A stretch of 64,000 bases of DNA, taken from positions 5,292 to 69,291 of the IMG/VR virus record IMGVR_UViG_3300020401_000001. The stretch is one strand, 5' to 3'. This stretch comes from a virus. Shown one piece after another: positions 35,891-46,608 of this stretch. The notes under the pieces are model-generated. The model saw nothing but the letters and a program-made list of their open reading frames with translations, was not told the DNA's origin and did not search any database. The stretch's first letter is position 1. Each line of letters starts with the position of its first letter. Both the position numbers and the translations under genes were made by a program.

Positions 35891-38800
35891 TGAGATTAAG
35901 AAATACTTTTATTGGCGGCAAAATGAACAAAGACGTAGACGAGCGTCTTGTTCCAGATGGTCAGTATAGAGATGCTGAGAACATCAAAGTTGCTATGTCT
36001 AATAGTTCTGACGTTGGCGCCTTAGAAAATGTGCTGTCAAATCAACAAAAATCTTTTTTAAATACAGGAGATAATGCTGAAACAATAGGTAGTGCAGCTG
36101 TCGAATACACTAATTGCGTTTATTGGTTTGTAAAGTCTGACACATCTAGCGCTGTTTATGAATACAATATTACTACTGATTTGCAAAGAATAATATTGCT
36201 AGACACCAGAACAGGTTCAGACAATGTATTAAATTTTACTAAAGAAAATAGAATAAACAATGTAGACACTGTAGTTGACACTGATAACGGTAAGATATTT
36301 ATATTCTGGACAGATGGACTTAATCCTCCTAGAAAAATAGAAATAGATAGAGCAGCTGGATATGGAGAAAATAATTTTACAGATGAAGACATTAGTGTTA
36401 TTGTAAAACCTCCACTGCATAGACCTACGTTTACTTTGTCTGCAACAAACACAGCTGACGAAAATTACATCAAAGACAAATTTTTGCAGTTTTCATATAG
36501 ATATAAATACGTAGACAATCAATATTCAGCTATATCTCCATTTAGCAATCCTGCATTCGAACCCTATCCTTTTAAATATAACTACGGACTAAATAGCAAT
36601 GAGTCATTTGTTAATAGGTATAATGTTGTAAACCTAACAGTAAACTCAGGAAGCCACCTAGTTAAAGAAGTTGAAGTCTTATATAAAGAAGCTGGTAAAA
36701 CAAATTTATATGTTGTAGAATCATACAACAAAGAAAAGAAAACTTGGGATGACAATACTGATTATGTAGTTACATTCCAAAACAAAAAGATAAGCAAGAT
36801 ACTTCCAGAGAGTCAAATTAAAAGAATATTTGATGCTGTGCCAAGAAAAGCTTTTTCACAAACATTTATTGGTAATAGATTGATTTATGGAAATTACACA
36901 GAAAACTGGAATCTTATTGATGAGGTAGGCGGTGAAATAAAACCTGACTTTACTGCTTCTGTTTTAACAAATGAATTTGCTACTGCACCATACACAACCA
37001 TGAAGTCTGGTAGAGACTACGAAGTTGGTATAGTGTATTTAGATGATTATGGCAGAACTACAACAGTTCTTACCTCTGATGGAAATAGTGTTTTTGTACC
37101 AAACGAAAATTCATTATATCAATCTAAACTGCAAGTTGAGATAAGAAGCAAAGCTCCTGTATGGGCAAAGTATTTTAGATTTTTTGTCAAAGAAAGCAAA
37201 CTGCCATACGACATAGTTATTCCTACAAGATTTTATGTTGATGGAGCTTATGTGTGGATAGAATTAACTGGTAGTGACGTTAACAAAGTAGAAAAAGGAA
37301 CACGTTTAGTAGTAAAAGCAGACACTTCTGGACCTGTAAAAGGATATGTAGAAACAGAAGTCTTAGACCTACAAACACAAACAGTAAACTTTTTAGAGCC
37401 TGACCCAACAGTAGCAGAGCTAGAACAAAAAGCAGGATTGTATTATAAGATAAGACCAAAAGGGTTTACTTTCAATAATAATGCAGTAGAAATATATGAG
37501 TTTGAATCGAATCACAGCACAAGAGATAGAAGGGAAGATATGATAGACAGGGGCGATAAGCTTCAATATTTTAGCGACCCAATACCTTATCTATCTGAAT
37601 CAACTACACTTGCTGGGAACTCATTATCTAGGTCAGGAACTAATATAGCTCCGAGAGATATTAGATATAAAATAATAATAGATGCCGTAGGAGATGGCAT
37701 TACAACTTACGATGAGTTTAGAGTTGAATATGAAGACAACGGAGTTGCTTACGCTCAACCAGCTGTAACAATTACAGGAAGTAGTCAAACTATAACTAAC
37801 GGGCTTAGTGTAAACTTTAGCTCTCGTTCTGGTCACACTGTTGGTGATTATTGGATGATTAGTGGTTATGGTAAAGAGCCTTTGAACTTTGGGAATCGTG
37901 ACAGGTCTCATGCTTTGTTTAGAGGAGAACCTGGCAATGAAGTTATTGAGGCAGGGTCAATAGTAGAAATAGAATATATCGAATCACAAAAAGCTGGTGA
38001 CGGATATAGCAATAGTTTTACAGAATCATACACTTCAAGCAGTAAATATGCAAACTTAGAAGAGTGGTATTACGGAGAAAACCTTTCTGGATTTGGTCCA
38101 GGAGTAACAGATGCCCAAGTATTTTTTAGGCATGTTAACTTGACTCCAAATCACGGAGGTGAAGGGGATACTGCTTACAAAGTGCAGGTACAGCAAAACG
38201 GAACTATGTGTATGATAATCCAAAGTAAACAAAGACAATGGAATGAGAGAAATGCAAGGTCGAGAGTTTACACAACGGGATTATTAGAAATTAAGACATC
38301 AGATAGTTTACCTATTTTTGAAACTAAAGGAATAGAAAAAGATTCAGATATATTTTTTGAAGTTGGAGACACTTATGAGTTATCAGAGAATGACACTTTT
38401 CATGTTGGTAAAGCAGGTGATGTTCCTCAATCTTTTACTTCTCCTGCTGTAATTACAATAGACGCACATAACGCATGGGCTTGGGGTAATGGATATGAGT
38501 CAATAAAAATTAAAGACTTATTCAATAATCCAACATTTACTTTTGACACAAGACCAAGCACGTTTATAGAAAGCTATAGAGAAAATAACAGAGTAGCTTC
38601 TTTAACTTACTCTGGTGTTTACGAGCAAAGCACAAATTTTAATGCCTTAAATGAATTTAATTTATCTACGGCAAACTTTAAAGATATAGATGACGCTTTA
38701 GGTAGTATACAAAAAATAGTATCACGAGATAATGATATTGTTGTGTTTCAAGAAAACAAAATATCTAAACTCCTCTTTAATAAAAATATTATATTCAACA

Positions 38801-39798
38801 CTGACGGTTCAGGTAATATATCACAAACTAAAAATGTATTAGGAACTATAACTCCTTATACAGGAGAATTTGGTGTTGGACTAAATCCTGAAAGTGTTTG
38901 TAAATATGGAAACGTAATATATTTTGCAGATACAAGTAGAGGTTTTGTGTTTAGACTATCTAACGATGGACTAACTCAAATATCACAGTATGGCATGGCA
39001 AACTATTTTAGAAGCGAATTGCCTGTGCGTGATTTAAACAAGACTTTAGGTGGATACAATCCAAGAGACGGAGAGTATATTTTGTCTTTACAAGGAGGAA
39101 CAGAGTCTACAGACACTTTATTGTGGGTTGGAGATGAATATACATGTGAACAAACATTCGTTGATGATGTAGTAGAATGGAGAGGTAGCGATGCTGTATG
39201 TCTTGTTTCTTGTTATGGAGAGTGGAAGCCATCTGACATAGTAAGTGACGGTCAAGATTGGAGAATAGACGAATATTATTGTGAGCAAGAAGAGCAAAGA
39301 CCAACACCTGCTCCAATTCCTACGCCAGCTCCAGCACCTACACCAGTACCTGTTGTTGTGCCTTCGCCATCGCCAGTACCAGTGCCTACACCAGTGCCAG
39401 TTGTAGCTCCTAACCCAACACCTTCACCAGCACCGACACCAGCGCCTGTAGCGGACTTACCACCATCGCCAACACCTAGTCCTACTCCGTCACCTACGCC
39501 AGCACCCGTGGTAATTCCAACGCCTAGTCCTACGCCTAGTCCTACGCCTGCGCCAGCGCCTACACCTACACCAACACCAGCGCCAGCAAGCCCAACAGCA
39601 TTTAGGTTAAACCCATGTAACCCGTTTGGTAGTTATGGTAAGAAAATAGCATTTGACTCTGGTCTGTATGTCGGAGCTGTGGTTACAATAGAAGATGGAA
39701 ACTGTTATGCGGTTAGTGCTGCTATCACTGATACTGCTAATTCTACGGTATCTCAGATTTTCTTAAATTGTTATAATTGTACTAATGGAATATTTTAA
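35890..39798 (+). CDS. tail stabilisation (nozzle/muzzle, P22 gp10-like) protein, N-terminal part, fused to a Pro-rich stalk and Cys-rich tip
   Basis: F.GGKMNKD.DERL.P.GQYRDA.N start; FSYRYKY.D.QYS.ISPFS; GNRLIYGNY; NEFN; GEFG...NPES; [14 protein letters not shown], then an abrupt change to Trp/Cys motifs and (PT/PA/PS)n. Confidence 0.75.
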   Translation: MRLRNTFIGGKMNKDVDERLVPDGQYRDAENIKVAMSNSSDVGALENVLSNQQKSFLNTGDNAETIGSAAVEYTNCVYWFVKSDTSSAVYEYNITTDLQRIILLDTRTGSDNVLNFTKENRINNVDTVVDTDNGKIFIFWTDGLNPPRKIEIDRAAGYGENNFTDEDISVIVKPPLHRPTFTLSATNTADENYIKDKFLQFSYRYKYVDNQYSAISPFSNPAFEPYPFKYNYGLNSNESFVNRYNVVNLTVNSGSHLVKEVEVLYKEAGKTNLYVVESYNKEKKTWDDNTDYVVTFQNKKISKILPESQIKRIFDAVPRKAFSQTFIGNRLIYGNYTENWNLIDEVGGEIKPDFTASVLTNEFATAPYTTMKSGRDYEVGIVYLDDYGRTTTVLTSDGNSVFVPNENSLYQSKLQVEIRSKAPVWAKYFRFFVKESKLPYDIVIPTRFYVDGAYVWIELTGSDVNKVEKGTRLVVKADTSGPVKGYVETEVLDLQTQTVNFLEPDPTVAELEQKAGLYYKIRPKGFTFNNNAVEIYEFESNHSTRDRREDMIDRGDKLQYFSDPIPYLSESTTLAGNSLSRSGTNIAPRDIRYKIIIDAVGDGITTYDEFRVEYEDNGVAYAQPAVTITGSSQTITNGLSVNFSSRSGHTVGDYWMISGYGKEPLNFGNRDRSHALFRGEPGNEVIEAGSIVEIEYIESQKAGDGYSNSFTESYTSSSKYANLEEWYYGENLSGFGPGVTDAQVFFRHVNLTPNHGGEGDTAYKVQVQQNGTMCMIIQSKQRQWNERNARSRVYTTGLLEIKTSDSLPIFETKGIEKDSDIFFEVGDTYELSENDTFHVGKAGDVPQSFTSPAVITIDAHNAWAWGNGYESIKIKDLFNNPTFTFDTRPSTFIESYRENNRVASLTYSGVYEQSTNFNALNEFNLSTANFKDIDDALGSIQKIVSRDNDIVVFQENKISKLLFNKNIIFNTDGSGNISQTKNVLGTITPYTGEFGVGLNPESVCKYGNVIYFADTSRGFVFRLSNDGLTQISQYGMANYFRSELPVRDLNKTLGGYNPRDGEYILSLQGGTESTDTLLWVGDEYTCEQTFVDDVVEWRGSDAVCLVSCYGEWKPSDIVSDGQDWRIDEYYCEQEEQRPTPAPIPTPAPAPTPVPVVVPSPSPVPVPTPVPVVAPNPTPSPAPTPAPVADLPPSPTPSPTPSPTPAPVVIPTPSPTPSPTPAPAPTPTPTPAPASPTAFRLNPCNPFGSYGKKIAFDSGLYVGAVVTIEDGNCYAVSAAITDTANSTVSQIFLNCYNCTNGIF

Positions 39799-41583
39799 AT
39801 GAGTAATACAGGAACAAAAATAGTGACAAGATTAAGACTGTTTAAAGACGGTTTAGCAACTAGCAAGACAAAAGCAAATGTTGAGGGAGATAAATATTAT
39901 GTTGCTCCATTTGAAGACTTGGTAGATTGCAACCCTCTTGGACCACCTGCACCTGTACCTACTCCTACTCCTGCGCCAGTTGCTGTACCAGCTACACCAC
40001 CTGCACCTACACCTATTCCAATAGCAGTGCCTACGCCTTCGCCTACGCCTACGCCTAGTCCATCGCCTATTCCTGCGCCTGTACCTAATCCATCACCGAG
40101 TCCAACACCTGCACCTGCACCAATTCCTGTAGCTACTACACCGACACCAACTCCAGCACCAGTGCCAAGCCCTGTGCCTACACCTGCGCCAGCTGTAGCA
40201 CCAACTCCTGCACCAGTTATGCCTACTCCTACACCTGTGCCTGCTGCACCGACCCCTACACCAACACCAGCTCCAGCTCCAACAACTAATACTGAAAGTG
40301 TTTGGTCGGCAAATGCATTAAGCATTAATCAAGGAGTCTATAATGGAGATGTTTCCATAAGTGATGCGGAACAAACAATATTTGGTCCTGTGAACAGTGG
40401 ATATGATACAGTAACAGCTTTATATTTAAGTGACGATTCTGGAAGTTTAAATACCGCTCAGTCTGTTATAGAATCAAGTAATGCTGGCGGAACTATAACC
40501 GCTTACTTAAATCAAAATCAACAGGTTCCAATACAAGTAAATCAGGCAGCTCCTTACTTTGCTATAAACGATGTAGGTGGAGGCTCACAAGCGCCAATAA
40601 GAAGCGCACAACTTGTAGTTAAAATAGGAGCAGATAGCACCTTACAGGTTATAAGTGGTTCTGATTTATTCCATGAAATAAGTCCTCTTAACCCTGTACC
40701 TTCTCCAGTTGCAGCGCCAGTAGCAGCAGATGTATGTTTAACTAATCCTGCTGCTGTAACAATACAAAGTATTGGAGGCGGTAATAAATATGTATTTGGA
40801 GGTACACACGGAAACTATAAAACATCGGTTGGAACCTATGTATTAACAAACGTCCCTAGCGGTCACCCTATTGCAATTCTAAATAGTGGCAAAGAAACCC
40901 TTATAAGTTATACTGGTACTTATAATGCTGGTTCAAAAGGTATAAATAATGTTTATCATGATTATTATTATGGAGACGTTACTATTACTGTAAACGGAGA
41001 TTACGGAACAGTTAGCTATGATTGTTTAAATCATGGATATATGGGAGGTGAAAACAACTTAACATACGATAATGTCACTTGTTCAGCGCCTTCTCCAGTG
41101 CCAGTAGCACCTACACCAACACCTGTAGGAGCTCCTATAGCAGCTCCACAAGCTGTAACTCCTGTTCCACAGCCTACACCTGCACCTACACCAGCTCCTG
41201 TGCCTACACCTGCTCCAGTTAATCCAACTTATGCCTTATCGCAAAGCTCAACGATTAACGTACAGGGCATGTATATGAACGGAACACTTTGGTATTATTT
41301 CGGCACTTACGGTAGCGATAGTTATAGGTTTAGCGCAACTACAGGAACATATACATTCAACATTCCTCAAGCACACCCTATTGCTTTCTATACAGCAGGA
41401 ACAACAAACAGTTACAGTGGAGGTACTGTACAAGGAACTAAAAACGGATTAGATGGAAACAGCTATGATTATAGATATGGAACAGTAACATTAACAATAA
41501 ATGATACAAGCGCAACGCCAGTGAGTTATGAGTGTTTCTTCCATGGTTACATGGGAGGCTTGAATAATCTCATATTGGTATAA
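39799..41583 (+). CDS. Pro-rich modular protein with two cupredoxin-like (H...CxxHxxM) domains
   Basis: Shared N-module; long (P-T/A/S/V)n tracts; [16 protein letters not shown] and [16 protein letters not shown]. Confidence 0.8.
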   Translation: MSNTGTKIVTRLRLFKDGLATSKTKANVEGDKYYVAPFEDLVDCNPLGPPAPVPTPTPAPVAVPATPPAPTPIPIAVPTPSPTPTPSPSPIPAPVPNPSPSPTPAPAPIPVATTPTPTPAPVPSPVPTPAPAVAPTPAPVMPTPTPVPAAPTPTPTPAPAPTTNTESVWSANALSINQGVYNGDVSISDAEQTIFGPVNSGYDTVTALYLSDDSGSLNTAQSVIESSNAGGTITAYLNQNQQVPIQVNQAAPYFAINDVGGGSQAPIRSAQLVVKIGADSTLQVISGSDLFHEISPLNPVPSPVAAPVAADVCLTNPAAVTIQSIGGGNKYVFGGTHGNYKTSVGTYVLTNVPSGHPIAILNSGKETLISYTGTYNAGSKGINNVYHDYYYGDVTITVNGDYGTVSYDCLNHGYMGGENNLTYDNVTCSAPSPVPVAPTPTPVGAPIAAPQAVTPVPQPTPAPTPAPVPTPAPVNPTYALSQSSTINVQGMYMNGTLWYYFGTYGSDSYRFSATTGTYTFNIPQAHPIAFYTAGTTNSYSGGTVQGTKNGLDGNSYDYRYGTVTLTINDTSATPVSYECFFHGYMGGLNNLILV

Positions 41584-41587
41584 CAAT

Positions 41588-41595
41588 TATCTTTG
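41588..41595 (+). promoter_or_regulatory. -7 promoter element inside the cassette
   Basis: TATCTTTG upstream of the ATG at 41607. Confidence 0.55.
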
Positions 41596-41606
41596 TATGA
41601 TATAAT

Positions 41607-42596
41607 ATGGCAAATACAGGAAGAAAAATATTCACAACGATACGTCAATATGTAAATGGCGTTTGGAATGGTAACGAGAAGTTCAATAGCACTGACGACC
41701 CCGATTACCAATACCCTGTATATGATGAAGCTGAGTGCCCACTACCAGCTCCTCCTGTCCCTAGTCCTATACCAACACCTAGCCCAATACCAACACCTAG
41801 TCCAGTGCCTGTTCCTGTGCCAGCAGTAGCGGAAGTAGTTCCTAATCCAGTACCAAATCCAGCTCCAACACCGACTCCTGCGCCTGTACCTGTTGTTATT
41901 CCTACACCTGCACCAGTTCCAAATCCAACACCCGCACCACAACCAGCGCCGACACCCGCTCCTACCCCAGTGCCAGCGCCTGTTCCTGCTCCTACTTCAA
42001 ACCAGTATGTAGTTCTAGGACATGGAAACACTCCAGAGTCTGCATGTAATGATTTAGGTGCTGACTTATTCTACATTGATGGAGGACAATTAGCTACATC
42101 AACAAATGTATATTACGATGAATGGGGTAATACAAAATCGCAACCACAATATTTTGCTCAATCTGGAGTTGTAAGATATTGGAATGGACAACAGTTTACA
42201 TCTTACGCAAGTTGTAATCAACCAACACCAACTCCTAACGCTCCAACACCTATACCTGTAGCGGCACCAACGGCTAACTGTGGAACCAATATATACTACA
42301 TAAGTGAAGGTAAATTCTATGGTTCTTATTTCTGCCAATCACCTTTCGGAGGAATGGTTGGAGGAGGAGCGGCAACGACTTACCCAATAACTATGGCGGT
42401 TACATCGAACTATCCTGGAAGCGTAAATGCTCAACTAGGAGCTCAACTATGCTACAATGGACAACCTTTCTCTGGAAACGGCTTTGAATATTTAATGAGT
42501 ACCTTCCCTAGTAGTTTTAATGGAAACGGAAGTCATTCGCTAGTAACAATTAATGATGACGGTATAGTTACCGCAGTTAAATATATGACTTGTTAA
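41607..42596 (+). CDS. Pro-rich modular protein
   Basis: Shared N-module, Pro stalk, two Cys-flanked domains. Confidence 0.8.
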   Translation: MANTGRKIFTTIRQYVNGVWNGNEKFNSTDDPDYQYPVYDEAECPLPAPPVPSPIPTPSPIPTPSPVPVPVPAVAEVVPNPVPNPAPTPTPAPVPVVIPTPAPVPNPTPAPQPAPTPAPTPVPAPVPAPTSNQYVVLGHGNTPESACNDLGADLFYIDGGQLATSTNVYYDEWGNTKSQPQYFAQSGVVRYWNGQQFTSYASCNQPTPTPNAPTPIPVAAPTANCGTNIYYISEGKFYGSYFCQSPFGGMVGGGAATTYPITMAVTSNYPGSVNAQLGAQLCYNGQPFSGNGFEYLMSTFPSSFNGNGSHSLVTINDDGIVTAVKYMTC

Positions 42597-42597
42597 T

Positions 42598-43350
42598 ATG
42601 GCAAATACAGGAAGTAAAATATACACAACACTGAGGCTCATAAAAAATGGAGTAAGGACTGTACACGTTAAACCAAACGTGCCAGAAGACCCTAATTTTA
42701 TACCTCCTTTTACAGATTTAGCAGACTGCTTTACTAATGCTCCTGCACCTGCGCCAGTTCCTGTACCTACACCTGCTCCTGTACCTAACCCCGTTCCAGC
42801 TCCAGGACCAGCGCCTACGCCAGTACCTGCTCCAAGCACAATAGTACCAACACCAAGCCCAACCCCAGCGCCAGTTTCAGGTGTTGTGCCGACACCCGCT
42901 CCTTCGCCAGTTCCTGCCCCAACAGTTCCTTCGCCAGTTGGAGGTGGTTCGACTTACTACTTAAGTGCGCCTAGACAAACTGCTGGAGAGTTATGTACAG
43001 CTGCATTCTCAATAGTTATGAGAGTACAAGTTACAGCTTCATCAGTTTCAACATCGTTAGGTGCGCAAGTAACTAAAGATGGAACTAGATTTGCTGGTAA
43101 TAATAAATATTATGCAATGGATAGATACAATGTTGACACAACACATTCAGGAACAACATGGTTGGCTGTGCAAATTGACAATGATGGTATTATACAAGAC
43201 ATAATTAAAATAGACTGTGGGGACTTTGCTTTCTATGACGGTTCAGGAGGATGGGATTCTCCAGACCCATACAATACACAACCACAAGATGATGGAGACC
43301 TTGTATATTATTATAAAAACGTAATGCAAGGAGGTGGACAAAATTTATAA
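42598..43350 (+). CDS. Pro-rich modular protein
   Basis: Shared N-module, Pro stalk, Cys-flanked domain. Confidence 0.8.
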   Translation: MANTGSKIYTTLRLIKNGVRTVHVKPNVPEDPNFIPPFTDLADCFTNAPAPAPVPVPTPAPVPNPVPAPGPAPTPVPAPSTIVPTPSPTPAPVSGVVPTPAPSPVPAPTVPSPVGGGSTYYLSAPRQTAGELCTAAFSIVMRVQVTASSVSTSLGAQVTKDGTRFAGNNKYYAMDRYNVDTTHSGTTWLAVQIDNDGIIQDIIKIDCGDFAFYDGSGGWDSPDPYNTQPQDDGDLVYYYKNVMQGGGQNL

Positions 43351-43352
43351 AT

Positions 43353-43535
43353 ATGAGCTTTACAGGAAAAAAATATTATACAAAATTAAGAAAGTTCGTA
43401 AACGGAAAACCAACACAACAAGTGAAGGAAAATAAGATTACGGACCCAGATTATATAAAACCTTATGATGATATAAATGGATGCCCAAAAGGCACGTCTT
43501 CGCCTGCACCAGTTGCAGCGCCAACGACATATTAA
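43353..43535 (+). CDS. minimal protein consisting of the shared N-module and a short Pro tail
   Basis: MSFTGKKYYTKLRKFVNG...DPDYIKPYDD..GCP..SPAPVAAPTTY. Confidence 0.75.
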   Translation: MSFTGKKYYTKLRKFVNGKPTQQVKENKITDPDYIKPYDDINGCPKGTSSPAPVAAPTTY

Positions 43536-43541
43536 TTAATT

Positions 43542-45299
43542 ATGGGAGAGAAGTACAGTAAAATAAGAAAATACGTAAATGGCTTTCCAAAGCAAGACCA
43601 AGCCATCAATAGCCCTAACGAGCCAGGGTACATACCGCCTGTTTATGATGCAGGTCCATGTACTACATGTGAGCCAGAGGACGATGGTGATGTTATTGAA
43701 TGGAGAGGTCATGCTTTTTACTGTGAGCAAGAAGACGCTCCTACGCCTACTCCTAGTCCTACACCTAGTCCTACGCCTAGTCCAACTCCTAGCCCTACAC
43801 CTACGCCGACACCCACTCCAACACCCACTCCGACACCTAGTCCGAGTCCAGTTCCTGCGCCAAATCCTAGTCCAATACCAACTCCAGCACCTACGCCAGC
43901 TCCTTCTGTAGGATATGTGTATTATACTGTTAATGATTGTGCAAACACTTTTAATGATGTTGTAAGAAGCACTTTTTCTTTAGATACAGGAAGTGTTGTG
44001 AAGGCTACAGGAGTGACTGGTTGTTTAGAAATAGGAAGTTTAACACAGCCATCAGGCACAAACACTGTATATGAAACTTACACTGATTGTACTGATTGTG
44101 GCGCAACAACTCCTACTCCAACGCCAAGTCCAACACCTAGCCCAGTTCCAAATCCAACACCAAGTCCAACGCCTGCGCCTATTCCAAATCCAACACCAAG
44201 TCCAACGCCTGCGCCTTCTGTAACACCTGTAGTGCCTACACCTGTCCCACAACCTACGCCTACACCTATTCCAGGACCAGCGCCTTCGCCTACGCCTACC
44301 CCAACGCCAGCGCCTATTCCAATTCCTAATCCATCTCCAACACCAGCACCAGCATCAATACCGTGCTATGAGTTTGACATTGCAAATAATTCAAACCCAT
44401 TATTAGATGACTCATACACATACACGCAATGTGGTGGAGGAACAACTTCAGGAGCAGTATTCTATGGAGATGCAATAACTGTTTGTGGTACATCCTTCAC
44501 TCATGTAGGTGCAGGATTAACTGTAACAAACACACTTGTTCCTTGTACTGGAAGCCCTACTCCTAGCCCTACACCAGCACCTACTCCTAGCCCAACGCCA
44601 GCACCAACACCTGCGCCAGTCGCAAATCTTAACTATGTTGGATTAGGTAATGCAAACAGCGCTTCGGCTGCTTGTAGCGACAACTTAAATGACATGTTCT
44701 ATATAGATGGTGGACAGTTAGCTACTTCAACAGGAATTTATTATGATGCTGCGGGACAAAATCCTGCACAAGATACGCACTACACAGATGGAAATGGATT
44801 CTATGTTGTTTGGAACGGCACATCTATTACAAACCTATCGTCTTGTCCTTCAGGACCTGCGCCAACATCTCCTAGTCCAATATATATACCACCTACACCG
44901 AACCCTACACCTGTAGCACCTACTCCTAATCCTACGCCAGCACCAACACCAGTAGCGCCTACACCAAATCCAACGCCCGCTCCTGCACCGCAGCCGACAC
45001 CTAGTCCTACGCCAGCGCCTGTAGCACCGACACCTAGTCCTACGCCTGCACCTCAGCCAGTAGCGCCGCAGCCTTCGCCAACTCCAGCTCCAGCTGCTGT
45101 AGCTTCTTATAGAGTTGAGGTTCAAAAACAATCAGGAGTTAGCTACATGATATTTACATACACCAATTCTTATGGACAGGCTCAATACAAAAATAGTTCA
45201 GCCGCCTATGAGTATGTGTGTGCGCAAGGAGGTACAGTTCAGGCAATGTCAGGAGTACAGTCCCAGCAGAACCTATACACAAGTTGCGTTGGTAATTAA
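43542..45299 (+). CDS. Pro-rich modular protein with four stalks and four Cys-containing domains
   Basis: Shared N-module; (PTPS)n, (PT)n and (PA)n tracts alternate with ~60-70-aa domains. Confidence 0.8.
   Translation: MGEKYSKIRKYVNGFPKQDQAINSPNEPGYIPPVYDAGPCTTCEPEDDGDVIEWRGHAFYCEQEDAPTPTPSPTPSPTPSPTPSPTPTPTPTPTPTPTPSPSPVPAPNPSPIPTPAPTPAPSVGYVYYTVNDCANTFNDVVRSTFSLDTGSVVKATGVTGCLEIGSLTQPSGTNTVYETYTDCTDCGATTPTPTPSPTPSPVPNPTPSPTPAPIPNPTPSPTPAPSVTPVVPTPVPQPTPTPIPGPAPSPTPTPTPAPIPIPNPSPTPAPASIPCYEFDIANNSNPLLDDSYTYTQCGGGTTSGAVFYGDAITVCGTSFTHVGAGLTVTNTLVPCTGSPTPSPTPAPTPSPTPAPTPAPVANLNYVGLGNANSASAACSDNLNDMFYIDGGQLATSTGIYYDAAGQNPAQDTHYTDGNGFYVVWNGTSITNLSSCPSGPAPTSPSPIYIPPTPNPTPVAPTPNPTPAPTPVAPTPNPTPAPAPQPTPSPTPAPVAPTPSPTPAPQPVAPQPSPTPAPAAVASYRVEVQKQSGVSYMIFTYTNSYGQAQYKNSSAAYEYVCAQGGTVQAMSGVQSQQNLYTSCVGN
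44146..44216 (+). repeat. exact 35-nt direct repeat with 36-nt period in a Pro stalk
   Basis: TTCCAAATCCAACACCAAGTCCAACGCCTGCGCCT at 44146 and 44182. Confidence 0.8.
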
Positions 45300-45342
45300 A
45301 AAATGATTAACTTAGTATGATATTTAAATATAATACAATCAA

Positions 45343-46608
45343 ATGTTCACAGAAATACCAAATTTTCTCACTCATGATGAGTGCGATTTATTTATACAAT
45401 TAATAGAAAAACAAAACACTCGTTCACAAGTTGCTGGAAGTGGAAGTGATAATTCTAAAATAGAAGATAGTAGAACTTCTTACACTTCTAATTTTGGCGA
45501 TAATATGTTACTTCCAAAAGCTCTAAAAGACAGGATTGCAGCTCATTTAGACATAGATGTTGCAAGGGGCGAAACATTACAAGGTCAAAAATACGAAGTA
45601 GGTCAATATTTTAGACCACATTTAGATTGGTTTCAAGGTGATGCATATAACAATCATTGTTTGCATTCTGGAAACAGAACTCACACTTTTATGTTGTATC
45701 TAAATGATGGTTTTGAAGGTGGAGGAACTGATTTTCCAAACCTAGGCAAAACTGTAAAACCAGAAAAAGGAAAAGCTGTAGTTTGGCGCAACATGGATGA
45801 TAATGGTAATGGTATTTCTGACGTTATGCATGAGGGTATGGATGTAACTAAAGGAACTAAATACATAGTTACAAGTTGGTGGAGAGAAAAAGAATTTAAT
45901 GGGGCTGAAAACGAAAGACTTGCAAGAGAATTTCATGAAGCACAAAAAAAAGAACAAGAATCTAAGATTGTAAATATAAATCCAAATTTAAAAACATTTA
46001 AAACTGTAGATGAAATACCTAGGTTTACAGAAAATGGATTTATGAAGGCTAAAGTGCCTCAAGATGTGTGGGGTATAATACAAGACTCATATCACATGTT
46101 AAAAGATAAAGAGGTTGCAGAACATTTTACAGGAAAAGAAGGTATTATAGATACAATAGTTACTGATGCGGAAAGCAGCACACTTTTAAGTTTTGAACAT
46201 ATACCAAATATTAGAACTCAAATACATAAAATGCTCATGCCGTTACATGAAGAGTGGGCAAAAACAAGACTAGAACCATCTTTCGTATATGGTATAAGGT
46301 CTTATCAAAGGGGAGCTACGTTAGCAAAACACGTTGATAGAATAGCTACTCATCATATATCTACTATTATTATTGTAGACAAAGACTTAAAGTGCGGTTG
46401 TCAAACTAAAGAGTTTGGTGATGATTGGGCTTTAGATATACAGGGTCATGACGGACAGTGGTATGAAGTTTTTGCTGAGCCAGGAGAGATGATATTGTAC
46501 GAATCTGCTGTTTGTGAACACGGTAGAGACAAACCTTTTCAGGGAACAAGCTTTAAAAACTTTTACACACACTACAAGTTAGTGGATTACCAGTATGCGG
46601 GACAATAA
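45343..46608 (+). CDS. prolyl 4-hydroxylase fused to a second 2OG-Fe(II) oxygenase domain
   Basis: Domain 1: SRTS, E.LQ..KYEVGQYFRPHLD, NRTHTFMLYLND..GGGTDFP, KPEKGKAV.W.N, HEG.DV.KG.KY...W. Domain 2: YGIRSY.RG..L..HVDR, PGEMILYES..CEHGR. Confidence 0.88.
   Translation: MFTEIPNFLTHDECDLFIQLIEKQNTRSQVAGSGSDNSKIEDSRTSYTSNFGDNMLLPKALKDRIAAHLDIDVARGETLQGQKYEVGQYFRPHLDWFQGDAYNNHCLHSGNRTHTFMLYLNDGFEGGGTDFPNLGKTVKPEKGKAVVWRNMDDNGNGISDVMHEGMDVTKGTKYIVTSWWREKEFNGAENERLAREFHEAQKKEQESKIVNINPNLKTFKTVDEIPRFTENGFMKAKVPQDVWGIIQDSYHMLKDKEVAEHFTGKEGIIDTIVTDAESSTLLSFEHIPNIRTQIHKMLMPLHEEWAKTRLEPSFVYGIRSYQRGATLAKHVDRIATHHISTIIIVDKDLKCGCQTKEFGDDWALDIQGHDGQWYEVFAEPGEMILYESAVCEHGRDKPFQGTSFKNFYTHYKLVDYQYAGQ

Noticed and set aside
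39295-45100. CRISPR array or diversity-generating retroelement in the repetitive region
   Set aside because: No constant repeat with unique spacers, no reverse transcriptase and no adenine-specific TR/VR pair; the repeats are coding and in frame.
39897-45131. Minus-strand Gly/Val/Ala-rich and Trp/Cys/Arg-rich ORFs (39897, 41705, 41742, 42540, 44052, 44850)
   Set aside because: They are antisense shadows of the Pro-codon tracts, which have few stops on the reverse strand.
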